From NCBI GenBank assembly GCA_028276785.1, contig JAPYVP010000008.1, positions 1 through 25,101 of the forward strand: 25,101 bases of DNA, written 5' to 3'. Shown piece by piece: positions 7,850 through 16,728 of the stretch. Source of the DNA: Candidatus Nanopusillus sp. (GTDB lineage Archaea > Nanobdellota > Nanobdellia > Nanobdellales > Nanobdellaceae). The notes beneath the pieces were generated by a model. That model worked only from the letters and a program-made list of their open reading frames with translations. It ran no database searches and was not told the origin of the DNA. Numbering within the stretch: position 1 is the stretch's first letter; every line of letters starts with the position of its first letter. Position numbers and translations under genes: made by a program.

Positions 7850-8851
7850 CTATTTTATCCCTTTTAAAATTTCCGATATTTTTTCTTTAACATATAATCC
7901 TTTAGGTTCACCAAAAGCCCTTTTTGTTATTCTACAAAATTCACATATGTCTTTTGATGTTGGCATTCCACAATATTTACATTTATTTAATTTTATTTCT
8001 TCTTCTTTTTCATAAAATTTAATATTTCTCGCAATAGCTCTTGCCAAAGATATTTTAAATCCAGGATTTTCTTTTTCCATTTTATCTAAAAATTCTCTAA
8101 TTTTTGTTTCAATTCTTTTACTACTAGATTTGAATGGACATTGATCCTCTAGATATGGGATATTTAATAATTTTGCATATAATTTTGTTTCTTCTTCAGA
8201 TATTTCATATAATGGTCTAATTCTTCCAACTAAAGAATCTTTTCTTTCTGTTTTTGGACCCAGCTTACTTATTGAATGTAAATCCTGTAAAAAGAAATTT
8301 TTAATTATATAAGGTAATAAATCGTCCATGTGATGTCCTAGAGCAATATAATCTACATTTAATTCATTTGCAACAATATTTAGTATATATCTTTTTAATG
8401 ATCCGCATATACTACATGCGGGTCTTATATATTTTACCTTATAATTTGGCAATATCTTTGCACCTAATTTTATTAATGTTTCTGGTAAATATGCTCCAAT
8501 AATTTCTTTAGAATCCAAAATTATGAATTCTGTATTATACTCTTTACTAAAATTCTTTATAGCATCTAAAGATTTTTTAGAAAAATCATATATTCCTAAA
8601 TTTATATGTAATCCAATTAATTCAAAACCAATTTCATCTTTTATATTTAATAACATATGATATAATGATGTGCTATCCTTACCTCCAGAAACTCCTACCA
8701 ATATTTTTTGTCCTTTTTTAATTAATTTATATCTTTTAATTGTTTCCAATACTCTTCTTTGTATATATTCTATATAATGATCTTTACATAACCATAATTT
8801 TGAATATGGAATTTTTACAATTGCATCTTTTTCACAATAAAAGCATTTCAT
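7850..8851 (-). CDS. ttuA: tRNA 2-thiolation PP-loop ATPase (TtuA / Ncs6 family)
   Basis: PP-loop SGGKDS sits in VGVSGGKDSTS. Flanking Zn-finger Cys pairs are CFYC...C at the N-terminus, CSIC in the middle, and CKYCG...CEFC at the C-terminus. Confidence 0.8.
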   Translation of the reverse strand: MKCFYCEKDAIVKIPYSKLWLCKDHYIEYIQRRVLETIKRYKLIKKGQKILVGVSGGKDSTSLYHMLLNIKDEIGFELIGLHINLGIYDFSKKSLDAIKNFSKEYNTEFIILDSKEIIGAYLPETLIKLGAKILPNYKVKYIRPACSICGSLKRYILNIVANELNVDYIALGHHMDDLLPYIIKNFFLQDLHSISKLGPKTERKDSLVGRIRPLYEISEEETKLYAKLLNIPYLEDQCPFKSSSKRIETKIREFLDKMEKENPGFKISLARAIARNIKFYEKEEEIKLNKCKYCGMPTSKDICEFCRITKRAFGEPKGLYVKEKISEILKGIK

Positions 8852-8885
8852 GAGATAAATAAAAAATAAATACTTAAAAAATTTA

Positions 8886-8992
8886 TATAAAAGACTTCGT
8901 TCATGTAATTATATTATTACCCCTCTGATATTATTGTGGGATAAATATTCATATTTAAACAATGTAAAGCATGTATTATTAAATATCCATAA
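8886..8992 (+). repeat. Decayed duplicate of the 5' end of the GT-C gene (left copy of a direct repeat, offset 910 bp)
   Basis: 8921-8990 aligns to 9831-9900: CCCCTCTGATATTATTGTGGGATAAATATTCATATTTAAACAATGTAAAGCATGTATTATTAAATA versus CCCCACCAATATTGTTTTGGGATGAATATTCATATTTAAACAATGTAAAGCGTGTATTATTAAATA. This includes a 27-bp perfect run. A weaker match (AAAAGACT...) extends toward the start codon, with an internal deletion in the left copy. Confidence 0.8.
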
Positions 8993-9034
8993 TTTCAATT
9001 ATATAAAATGTTGATAAATATGGCTTTTTAATAT

Positions 9035-9667
9035 TTATGATTGCATATTTTCAATGGCAACTGCATATAAAGTAAATAGATAAGGTGGATAAAATATCCC
9101 CACTAATATATCTAATATAAACAATAATATTGGACCGATGAGTGGTACAAATAAAAAGAAGATAATATAAAATATAAGAATTATAAAGGCTGGAATAAAA
9201 CCTATTAAAAGTAAATATATGGATTTTTTGGCATAGATCTTAAATTTATCTACTTTGCCAATTATACTTCCAAACAGTGTATAAAGTAATAATATATACA
9301 ATATTAAACCTATTATCATTATTATTAAACCTATAATAGTAGAATTTATTAAAAACTCTTCAGATTCTATCATAAAGAAATATAAAAGAACTCCAACGAT
9401 CATTATTATAAAACCAATCATTGTAACCAATAATGGAATCATTATTGACTTAAATGCTATATCATACTTTGGATCTACCTTTATATTAAGTTTATTATAA
9501 TACCATACAACCATCTTTGGAAATAATTTAGCATATAAATACCATCCTATAACAGGTATTAAAGCTATGAATGATAGAAAGTTCATTACCACACCTACAA
9601 TAAATGCCTCTAACAATTTTTGTTTATATATTTTATATGAATCAATAATATAATCTAATGCTTTCAT
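9035..9667 (-). CDS. Multi-pass membrane protein, paralog C of the 537/1299 family
   Basis: The ORF is open to 9715, but paralogs A and B align from MKALDYIIDSYKIYKQKLLEAFIVG (ATG at 9667). The extra 48 bp contain a TATA-like CTTTAAAAATATAT. Shared motifs are VVWYYNKLNIKVDPKYDIAFKSIMIP and FGSIIGKVDKFKIY. Confidence 0.7.
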   Translation of the reverse strand: MKALDYIIDSYKIYKQKLLEAFIVGVVMNFLSFIALIPVIGWYLYAKLFPKMVVWYYNKLNIKVDPKYDIAFKSIMIPLLVTMIGFIIMIVGVLLYFFMIESEEFLINSTIIGLIIMIIGLILYILLLYTLFGSIIGKVDKFKIYAKKSIYLLLIGFIPAFIILIFYIIFFLFVPLIGPILLFILDILVGIFYPPYLFTLYAVAIENMQS

Positions 9668-9762
9668 TAATACTATCTTATCAAAATATATTTTTAAAGC
9701 TACTAAAAATAACAAATGCTTATAATCTAAAAATTTTAAAAGAATTATAATAATAATCCTTC

Positions 9763-11076
9763 ATGAAAAAAGACTATATTTATATATTTCTTATATCATT
9801 TATACCACAACTAATTATTTTATTATTATCCCCACCAATATTGTTTTGGGATGAATATTCATATTTAAACAATGTAAAGCGTGTATTATTAAATACACCA
9901 TATTTTGAATATTATAGATTTCCATTATTGTGGTGGATGTTAATCCCAATTTCTTATATTACAAATTTCAATATATTTCTTATAAAATTATTTTTAATTT
10001 TCGTTTTTTCTTTATCTGTAGTAGTTTTATATAAAATATTAGAAGAATACGATAATAAATATATAAACTATATTTTGATTTTATTTTATTCATTAAATGG
10101 TTTATTTTTAATTTGGGCATCAAGGATTTATCCAGACATTTTAGCATCTTCTTTATTAGTATTTTCTATATATTTCTACATAAAATATTTTAAAGATAGC
10201 AAAGAAAAGAATTTAATTTCGTATTCGTTATTTTCAGTTTTATCAACTCTTTCAAAATATGAATATGGTCTATGGTTAATTTCTTCAATGATCTTTTTAA
10301 ATAATAAAGATAAATTAAAAACAATAATTTATTCTTTACTATTTTTAACTCCCTACTTTTTATATAACTTAATATTGTACAATAATCCAATATTTATATT
10401 TATTGAACAGGCCGAAGTTGTTTATAAATATACATCTTATCAACCTATCTCCTTATTTTTATTTAGCCTATTAATATCTTCCTCTGCATATTTATTTTCC
10501 CTATTACAGAATCCAAAGAAAATTGAAAATTATAACAAGTCTATATATTTATATATAATATTATCAATAATATTTCTTGCATTTTTTGTTAAGTCAAAGG
10601 ATCCAAGATATATTTTAATGATATTACCCCCATTTTTAATATTAACTAGAATATTTATTAATAAAATAAAGGGTTTACAATTTCCATATTTATTCCTATT
10701 TTCTATATTAAATATTGTATCAATGTATTACGGTATAATATTTCTAATAAATTATAATACAAATCTTGGAAACACATATTTAAATTATATATACAGAGCT
10801 TCAGATTATTTAAAACAATATAATCCAGAAGTGATATTAACAAATGATAATTGGCCAATGATTGCATATTATACAAATTCCCAAGTTTATATAATGTACA
10901 ATGCTACTTATTTAATCCCAAGAGTTTACCCACAATTTATTGTATATTCCCCAAATTGTGGAGTACCTTTCCCATTTAATCCGAATGATTATAATATATC
11001 ATTAATATATTATTATATAGATCCAAATGGTTGTCAAATATATGTTTATAGAGTAAATGATTATTTTGTTAAATAA
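9763..11076 (+). CDS. GT-C fold glycosyltransferase (ArnT / PMT-like, family-39-like) integral membrane protein
   Basis: 437-aa ORF with more than 10 hydrophobic segments. The first loop after TM1 carries an acidic WDEYSY motif, as in Dol-P/undecaprenyl-P-sugar-dependent GT-C enzymes. It neighbours a GT2 gene. Confidence 0.5.
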   Translation: MKKDYIYIFLISFIPQLIILLLSPPILFWDEYSYLNNVKRVLLNTPYFEYYRFPLLWWMLIPISYITNFNIFLIKLFLIFVFSLSVVVLYKILEEYDNKYINYILILFYSLNGLFLIWASRIYPDILASSLLVFSIYFYIKYFKDSKEKNLISYSLFSVLSTLSKYEYGLWLISSMIFLNNKDKLKTIIYSLLFLTPYFLYNLILYNNPIFIFIEQAEVVYKYTSYQPISLFLFSLLISSSAYLFSLLQNPKKIENYNKSIYLYIILSIIFLAFFVKSKDPRYILMILPPFLILTRIFINKIKGLQFPYLFLFSILNIVSMYYGIIFLINYNTNLGNTYLNYIYRASDYLKQYNPEVILTNDNWPMIAYYTNSQVYIMYNATYLIPRVYPQFIVYSPNCGVPFPFNPNDYNISLIYYYIDPNGCQIYVYRVNDYFVK

Positions 11077-11720
11077 CTCTTCAATTCATCTAAACTTGCA
11101 AATCCTCTAATTGTGTATGTTTCATTACGTTTATATATAATAATAAATGGCCAGATCGTAATATTATAATTTAAATTATAATAACTTATGAAATAATTTG
11201 GATAACTTGAATCAAATGAATATATATACAAATTATCTTTATTTTGTACATATAAATAAGTTAAAATATTCCCTTGCATAGCACATTCATCACTACAATA
11301 TTGATTGTTATAGAAATATAAAATCAATGTGAAATTTGTTATATTACAATCTTCTATATATTTCTTAGTTAATAAAAAATGCAAATATTGCATATTAAAA
11401 TATTGAGATTTTAAATATTTTACTTCTCCTTCATTATAGTATATATTTTCCTTTGATTCTAAATATGTCAATTCCTGTCCAACCTGGGCAATTCTTGATT
11501 TTAAATATTCTAAAAAAGATAAATAATTATCACTACACTCTAAACTTTGGGAATTTGCCAAGTATTGAGCTGAAATTACCAAAGAATTTATTTCATTAAT
11601 TTTTAATACACTCTGTTGGAATGAATATTGATATAATAAATAACCTAGAATTATTCCTAAGAAGAAAGATAGTACGGATATTATTACCGATATTGTTATT
11701 ATGTTCTTAGGCTTATCCAT
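11061..11720 (-). CDS. N-terminally membrane-anchored protein, possible thioredoxin-like fold (tentative)
   Basis: 219-aa ORF with a single N-terminal TM (IITISVIISVLSFFLGIILGYLL). The C-terminal half reads LILYFYNNQYCSDECAMQ...WPFIIIYKRNETYTIRGFASLDELKSYL. This resembles a Trx-fold layout with a cis-Pro, but carries C-x3-C instead of C-x2-C. Its start overlaps the GT2 stop by 8 bp, suggesting an operon. Confidence 0.6.
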   Translation of the reverse strand: MDKPKNIITISVIISVLSFFLGIILGYLLYQYSFQQSVLKINEINSLVISAQYLANSQSLECSDNYLSFLEYLKSRIAQVGQELTYLESKENIYYNEGEVKYLKSQYFNMQYLHFLLTKKYIEDCNITNFTLILYFYNNQYCSDECAMQGNILTYLYVQNKDNLYIYSFDSSYPNYFISYYNLNYNITIWPFIIIYKRNETYTIRGFASLDELKSYLTK

Positions 11721-13020
11721 ATTTTCTATTTAACAGTTTATTTATTAAACTATTATTCCACACAATCCCACCCCATCTTAGATTTCTACCAAATAGTTTA
11801 TAGTATATTGCTACAATTATAAAGATTGCATTAAAGTATATTGAAAAAAACAGATATATAACTGAATAATAAATTATTGATAACCAAGATTTTGATTTAT
11901 CATACCTTTTATATATACTAATAAAAAGAAGAAAGTTTATTAATAAAATAATTGAAAATGTTATTAAAATTAATTGAGATGTAGATAATAATTGAAAAAT
12001 ATATGTATTGATATCAAAAGAAAATGAATTTTTGATAAAATAATATATATCATAATTTATAGAAGACAAATATTTTAGAAAATCATAAAATTGCTTTCCA
12101 TGCATATATAATATTATTAAAAATGATAATGGCAATAGAACATATAAAATTATATTAATGCCAAAAACAATTTCTCTCAAATATATATTTTCTATATCTC
12201 TATATTTCGTATAATTATCGATAAATCCAAGTGTCCACCTTACCCTTTGCTTTAATAATGATTTAAAATTATCTGGAGGAACTGTTTTTATAATAACCTC
12301 TGGACAAAACTTTATTTTAAAATTATTTTTTTGAGCTCTTAATGCAATTTCCATATCTTCACTTATATTTTTTTCATCAAATAATCCAATTTTTTCAAAT
12401 ACAGATCTTTTAAATACAGAAAATGGGCCTGACGCTATAAATACAGAATTCATTTTATCAATAACTATACCAGAAAAATTATGTATAGCATAATCAATAT
12501 ATTGATACTTTTCAATTAATTTTTTTGTATTAATTGTTTGAATTGCTGGAACAACAATATCTACATTATAGTAGTACATATATTTTAGCATTTTTATTAA
12601 AGAATCTTTTTCTGGAATTGAATCTGCATCTAATGTAACAATTATTTCTCCACTAGATCTACTTATTCCATAATTTAATGCTGAAGATTTTCCACCATTT
12701 TCCTTTTTATATACTTTTATAAAATTATACTTTTCTTCATATTCTTTTGCTATTTCATATGTATTATCTTTTGATCCATCATCTACAACAATTATTTCTA
12801 ATTTATCTTTTGGATATTCTAAATCTATCAATCTTTCCAATGTATTTTTTATATTTTTACCTTCATTATATGCTGGTACAATTATTGATACTTTTGGATA
12901 TTCTTTTATTTCATAATTAATTTCTTCCTTATCATACGATAATAAAAATATTAGGGTGTATATTGACATTAACAGTTCTACAAATATTATTATTAATATT
13001 ATATAGGGAATTATGGACAT
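11713..13020 (-). CDS. Family 2 glycosyltransferase, processive-synthase type (membrane-embedded)
   Basis: Motifs present: SIIVPAYNEG, VVDDGSKDNT, TLDADS (DxD) and QRVRW (the Q-x-x-R-W motif of processive beta-glycan synthases). One TM segment lies at the N-terminus and several at the C-terminus. Confidence 0.85.
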   Translation of the reverse strand: MSIIPYIILIIIFVELLMSIYTLIFLLSYDKEEINYEIKEYPKVSIIVPAYNEGKNIKNTLERLIDLEYPKDKLEIIVVDDGSKDNTYEIAKEYEEKYNFIKVYKKENGGKSSALNYGISRSSGEIIVTLDADSIPEKDSLIKMLKYMYYYNVDIVVPAIQTINTKKLIEKYQYIDYAIHNFSGIVIDKMNSVFIASGPFSVFKRSVFEKIGLFDEKNISEDMEIALRAQKNNFKIKFCPEVIIKTVPPDNFKSLLKQRVRWTLGFIDNYTKYRDIENIYLREIVFGINIILYVLLPLSFLIILYMHGKQFYDFLKYLSSINYDIYYFIKNSFSFDINTYIFQLLSTSQLILITFSIILLINFLLFISIYKRYDKSKSWLSIIYYSVIYLFFSIYFNAIFIIVAIYYKLFGRNLRWGGIVWNNSLINKLLNRKYG

Positions 13021-13062
13021 ACTATAAAAAATATTCTAAAATATAATAAATATATTTACTTT

Positions 13063-13752
13063 ATGGTATACGTAAAATGGATAGGGCATGCATGTTTTTT
13101 AATTAAAGGTACGTATGGAAATATATTGATAGATCCATTTATTAAACAAAACCCAAAGGCAAAATATGAAAAATCCGATTTAGAAGATATAGATATTATA
13201 TTAGTGACACATGCTCACTTTGATCATTTAGGGGATACAATAGAATTAGCTGAAAATAAAGATGTAAAAGTAATTTCTGTCTTTGAAATAGCTAAATACT
13301 TAGAAAAATTTGGAATAAGAACAATAGGATTAAATTTTGGTGGTAGAACAGTTCATAATAATATAGAAATATATTTATTCCCAGCAGTGCATACTTCAAG
13401 CATAATTGATGATAGAGATAATATATTGTGGTTAGGAAATCCTGGTAGTTTTGTAATAAAGGTTGATGATAGAACAATATATCATGCTGGAGATACCATG
13501 GTATTTGAAGATATGAAATTAATACCAAGAATTGTTGGGAATATTGATCTAGCTTTATTACCAATTGGGGGACATTATACAATGGATATCAACCAAGCCC
13601 TAATTGCAATTGAATATTTAAAACCAAAAAATGTAATACCAATGCACTACAATACGTTTTATGCTATTGAAGCAAATCCAAAAATTTTAAAAGAAAAGGC
13701 AAAAAACACAAATGTAATAATATTGAATCCTGGAGAAGCAGTTGAGATATAA
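13063..13752 (+). CDS. UPF0173-type metal-dependent hydrolase (metallo-beta-lactamase fold)
   Basis: Motifs present: KWIGHACFLIKG...ILIDPF...DIILVTHAHFDHLGD...HAGDT...PIGGHYTM...IPMHYNTF. Confidence 0.85.
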   Translation: MVYVKWIGHACFLIKGTYGNILIDPFIKQNPKAKYEKSDLEDIDIILVTHAHFDHLGDTIELAENKDVKVISVFEIAKYLEKFGIRTIGLNFGGRTVHNNIEIYLFPAVHTSSIIDDRDNILWLGNPGSFVIKVDDRTIYHAGDTMVFEDMKLIPRIVGNIDLALLPIGGHYTMDINQALIAIEYLKPKNVIPMHYNTFYAIEANPKILKEKAKNTNVIILNPGEAVEI

Positions 13753-13768
13753 GAAAATATTCAAAAAA

Positions 13769-14464
13769 TTATTTCTTTAGCTCTTTATAAGCAAACCACC
13801 AATCTAGCATTTCTAATTCTTTCTTCTTTGCTTTCTCTTCTATTTCTTTCATTTTTTCAATTGTACGTGCTGGCGGTATTATTACTTTATTTCCAACTAA
13901 ACTAGATGATTTCCATTCTAATTTATCTACATACCAATTTGCTGGTAATGCAACTTTTTCTTTATCCGATACTTGTAATGCATATACCAATCTATATATT
14001 TCTATAATATTCCTTCCAACTTCTGGTGGGTAATATACAACCGCCCTTATAATTCCTTCTGGATCTACAACAAACACAGCTCTTACAGTATTTGTTCCGC
14101 CACTTACTGGTAACATACCCAACATAGATGCTAATTTGCCCAAATCATCTGCAATTATTGGGAATGGAATTTCTGTTTTTGCCTTTTCTTTTATCCATTC
14201 AACCCACTTTATATGAGAATATACTTGATCTATAGATAATCCTATTAATTCTACTCCAATTTCTTTAAACTTTGGATACATTCTTGCAAATTCTACAAAT
14301 TCTGTTGTACATACTGGTGTAAAATCTGCTGGATGGCTAAATAATATAAACCATTTTCCTTTATAGTAATCTGGCAATTTTATTTTTCCGTGTGTTGTAT
14401 GTACTTCTACTTCTGGAAATCTACTACCTATTCTTGGGATTCCATTAATTTTTTCTTCTTCCAT
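13769..14464 (-). CDS. Peroxiredoxin (archaeal Prx6-like; apparently 1-Cys)
   Basis: The peroxidatic motif [13 protein letters not shown] is present. The C-terminal [10 protein letters not shown] lacks the two cysteines that, as I recall, flank DWWF in Aeropyrum/Pyrococcus Prx. Confidence 0.85.
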   Translation of the reverse strand: MEEEKINGIPRIGSRFPEVEVHTTHGKIKLPDYYKGKWFILFSHPADFTPVCTTEFVEFARMYPKFKEIGVELIGLSIDQVYSHIKWVEWIKEKAKTEIPFPIIADDLGKLASMLGMLPVSGGTNTVRAVFVVDPEGIIRAVVYYPPEVGRNIIEIYRLVYALQVSDKEKVALPANWYVDKLEWKSSSLVGNKVIIPPARTIEKMKEIEEKAKKKELEMLDWWFAYKELKK

Positions 14465-14515
14465 AAGAAATATAGTTATATATTATTTTTATAAGGGTTA
14501 AAATTCGTACCTAGT

Positions 14516-14956
14516 TTATCGTGATTGATAATAATCTATTACAATTGTCGGCCATACAGATTTAATACCCTCAATACTTTGTAAATATTTTATATATTCA
14601 TCGAGTTCTTCTGGTTTAGAATATAAAAAATCTATTAATATATCATGATCTCCCCCAGTTAAATATATGTTAATTATATTTTTGTTCTTAGATATTTTTT
14701 CTAATATATTAAATATCTTATCTTTATCTATATTCAATCCTATAAATACTCTTTTATATCCTAATAAGTTATAATTTAATTCTACTGTGAATTTTTTTAT
14801 TATACCATGTTTCATTATCTTTTTAATTCTTTTTCTAACAGAAGCTTCCGATATATTTAATAATTTTGCTATTTTAGTGTTTGATATACGAGAATTATTT
14901 ATTAATATCTTAATTATTTTATTATCTATATCATCTATATACGATCTTCGTACCAT
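14516..14956 (-). CDS. Lrp/AsnC family transcriptional regulator
   Basis: The N-terminal HTH reads DDIDNKIIKILINNSRISNTKIAKLLNISEASVRKRIKKIMKHGIIKKFTVELN. It is followed by an RAM-like C-terminal domain. Confidence 0.85.
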   Translation of the reverse strand: MVRRSYIDDIDNKIIKILINNSRISNTKIAKLLNISEASVRKRIKKIMKHGIIKKFTVELNYNLLGYKRVFIGLNIDKDKIFNILEKISKNKNIINIYLTGGDHDILIDFLYSKPEELDEYIKYLQSIEGIKSVWPTIVIDYYQSR

Positions 14957-15007
14957 TAATAACTAATTTAATATAATAATTATAAAGTTTTTTATTTACT
15001 ATTATAT

Positions 15008-15457
15008 ATGGAGTCTATAGATTTTGAAGCTGAAAGTACAAATGGGAAGATAAGGTTGAGCAATATATTAAAGGAAAAAGATTTTGTAGTTGTATATTTT
15101 TATCCAAAGGCATTTACTAGCGGATGTACACAAGAATTAAAGAGGTTTGTAGAATTATATGAAGAATTTAAAAAATATAATACAGAAATAATTGGGATAA
15201 GTAATGATAAATTGGATACACAGAAAAAATTTGCTGAAAAATATGGTGCAAAATTTCCTCTGGTTGCAGATCCCGAATTAAAAATAATAAAATTATTTAA
15301 CGCAAAAAGTGCTAGAGGAAAAGGGGCAAGTAGAATTACTTTCATAATAGATAAAAATTTAAAGATTGTTGAAACATTAAAATCATTAAAAAATGCTGCA
15401 GAACATGCTGATAAAGCTCTAGAAAAAATTAAGGAATTACATAGCAAAGGCCTTTAA
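15008..15457 (+). CDS. bcp: Peroxiredoxin Q / bacterioferritin comigratory protein
   Basis: Motifs present: VVYFYPKAFTSGCTQE...GISNDKLDTQKKFAEKYGAKFPLVAD. The ATG is at leaderless spacing from a TATA-like AATTATAAAG. Confidence 0.85.
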   Translation: MESIDFEAESTNGKIRLSNILKEKDFVVVYFYPKAFTSGCTQELKRFVELYEEFKKYNTEIIGISNDKLDTQKKFAEKYGAKFPLVADPELKIIKLFNAKSARGKGASRITFIIDKNLKIVETLKSLKNAAEHADKALEKIKELHSKGL

Positions 15458-15472
15458 ATCTAATTATTTTTC
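15446..15472 (+). terminator. Oligo-T terminator region with AAAGGCCTTT palindrome and ATCTAATTATTTTT
   Basis: CAAAGGCCTTTAAATCTAATTATTTTTC spans the bcp stop codon. The motif recurs after three other plus-strand genes. Confidence 0.35.
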
Positions 15473-15557
15473 TTCTTTCTTATTCTTACTTTTTCCCCTA
15501 GTACAACCCATATTTAATTATAAATTTATTGGATAATATAAATTTTTCTAATAATAT

Positions 15558-16067
15558 TTGATAATGATAAAAATATTTGATTATGAACTATATTCTGGAT
15601 ATATAATGTTAAATGGAAAAATTGTCGCCTATTCCTTACATAATAATAAAGATATGCTAATAAAAAATTTAGCGAAAATTGCTAAATTTCATAATTTAGA
15701 TGGAGATCTTATTTTTGATGAAAATTTAGATAAATTTTTTCAAGAGAAGATAAATAAAGTATTAAATAATAAAGAGAAATTTAAATTAGATCTAAGCAAA
15801 TATAGATATAGAGATATATATGAAAAAATATTGGAAATACCTTTTGGAAAAACCATAACATATAAAGAATTATATAATAATCTAAATAAAAAATATAATA
15901 TGTTACAAATATTGAATGCTATAAAAAATAATCCATTTATTATTTTAATTCCATGTCATAGAATTATTAAAGAAGATAATATTTCTGGTTATACGCCTTT
16001 AGGAATTGAATTTAAAAGAAAATTGCTGGAATATGAAAATAATTTTTTGATTAACTATAAGCAATAG
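15558..16067 (+). CDS. ogt: Methylated-DNA--protein-cysteine methyltransferase (Ogt/MGMT)
   Basis: The active-site motif IPCHRII is present, with a helix-turn-helix TITYKELYNNL upstream. The track start at 15558 is TTG. ATG at 15564 is an equally plausible start. Confidence 0.8.
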   Translation: MIMIKIFDYELYSGYIMLNGKIVAYSLHNNKDMLIKNLAKIAKFHNLDGDLIFDENLDKFFQEKINKVLNNKEKFKLDLSKYRYRDIYEKILEIPFGKTITYKELYNNLNKKYNMLQILNAIKNNPFIILIPCHRIIKEDNISGYTPLGIEFKRKLLEYENNFLINYKQ

Positions 16068-16139
16068 TATGTTTAAATAATATTTCATAGATCTTTAAAG
16101 TTGATAAATATGAATTACTATGAAATTTATGTTATTATT

Positions 16140-16192
16140 ATGTGACATTTGTAAAAGAAAACTTTATAAATTTTGTTGTAAATATATATAAT
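16140..16192 (+). promoter_or_regulatory. Shared 5' module, copy 1: palindrome ATGTGACAT (16140-16148), BRE AGAAAAC, TATA TTTATAAA (16163-16170)
   Basis: The TATA box starts 30 bp upstream of ATG 16193, so the transcript should be leaderless. The string is nearly identical to copies at 16676 and 18292. Confidence 0.7.
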
Positions 16193-16525
16193 ATGGACAA
16201 CCTTGATAAAAAAGTTGGAGGTATAAACATAAAACAAAACCAGAAAATGTCTGTGGGGGAAGCAGCTAGTATATTACTTGAATACTTTAAAAAGTATGCA
16301 GACCAGCATGGTGGGATTGGATTTCGTTATGGAGGTACCAATAGAGATTTTAGCATAGAAAGTAGAGATGGATCTTTAAGGATCATTTATAACCCTGAGC
16401 ATGGTTTAAATATAAAAATTGGAAATACAGAATTTAGAGCTGGTAATGAACTATATATTGATATTAGACCGTTATTGAAGATATTGGGCTTCATAATAGA
16501 CAATTATAAAGAAAAGAGATTATAG
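16193..16525 (+). CDS. MD-family protein 1 (110 aa; single copy of the family domain; function unknown)
   Basis: The start is reassigned to ATG 16193 (MDNLDKK...), because the track ORF from GTG 16142 translates promoter DNA. The layout is helix VGEAASILLEYFKKYADQHGG, then beta-rich GIGFRYGG...LRIIYNPEHGLNIKIG, then a helix. FKKYADQHGG parallels NYFLEQHGV in the 17343 gene. Confidence 0.7.
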   Translation: MDNLDKKVGGINIKQNQKMSVGEAASILLEYFKKYADQHGGIGFRYGGTNRDFSIESRDGSLRIIYNPEHGLNIKIGNTEFRAGNELYIDIRPLLKILGFIIDNYKEKRL

Positions 16526-16526
16526 T

Positions 16527-16548
16527 CCAGGCCCTTAATCCAATTTTT
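16527..16548 (+). terminator. Oligo-T terminator region with CCAGGCCCTTAATCCAATTTTT motif
   Basis: It lies directly after the stop codon and is related to the motifs at 4530, 15446 and 18060. Confidence 0.3.
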
Positions 16549-16675
16549 AAAAATAATTTTTAATTTTTCTAGAATTTCCCACCAAAGATAATATATATAA
16601 CGTCATCATAACTAAATATTTTTCAACTATTATCTATATAATTATACTGTATCTATTACTTGATGTATTGTTATC

Positions 16676-16728
16676 TTGTGACAATTATAAAGAAAAATTT
16701 TATAAATTTTGTTGTAAATATATATAGT
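16676..16728 (+). promoter_or_regulatory. Shared 5' module, copy 2: palindrome TTGTGACAA (16676-16684), TATA TTTATAAA (16699-16706)
   Basis: The TATA box starts 30 bp upstream of ATG 16729. Across 86 bp (16676-16761) there are about 6 mismatches to 18292-18377. Confidence 0.7.

Noticed and set aside
9668-9715. Extra 16 N-terminal codons (MLFLVALKIYFDKIVL) of the 9035..9715 track ORF
   Set aside because: Paralogs A and B align from the internal Met (MKALDY...). The extension covers a TATA-like box at leaderless distance, so I placed the start at 9667. The longer ORF cannot be formally excluded.
16142-16192. Conserved peptide-like extension (V)TF[VI]KENFINFVVNIY[NS] at the N-termini of the track ORFs 16142.., 16660.. 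and 18213..
   Set aside because: It is the in-frame translation of the conserved promoter (BRE plus TTTATAAA). The extended ORFs begin at non-equivalent GTG/TTG codons. In the third copy the same DNA is shifted by 1 nt and contains in-frame TAA stops. The TATA box sits at the canonical distance for a leaderless start at the conserved ATGGAC.
16590-16615. Possible C/D-box sRNA: ATGATGA (C-box-like) on the minus strand in the 16526-16675 intergenic region
   Set aside because: No CTGA D or D' box lies within the appropriate distance downstream on that strand, and there is no terminal stem.
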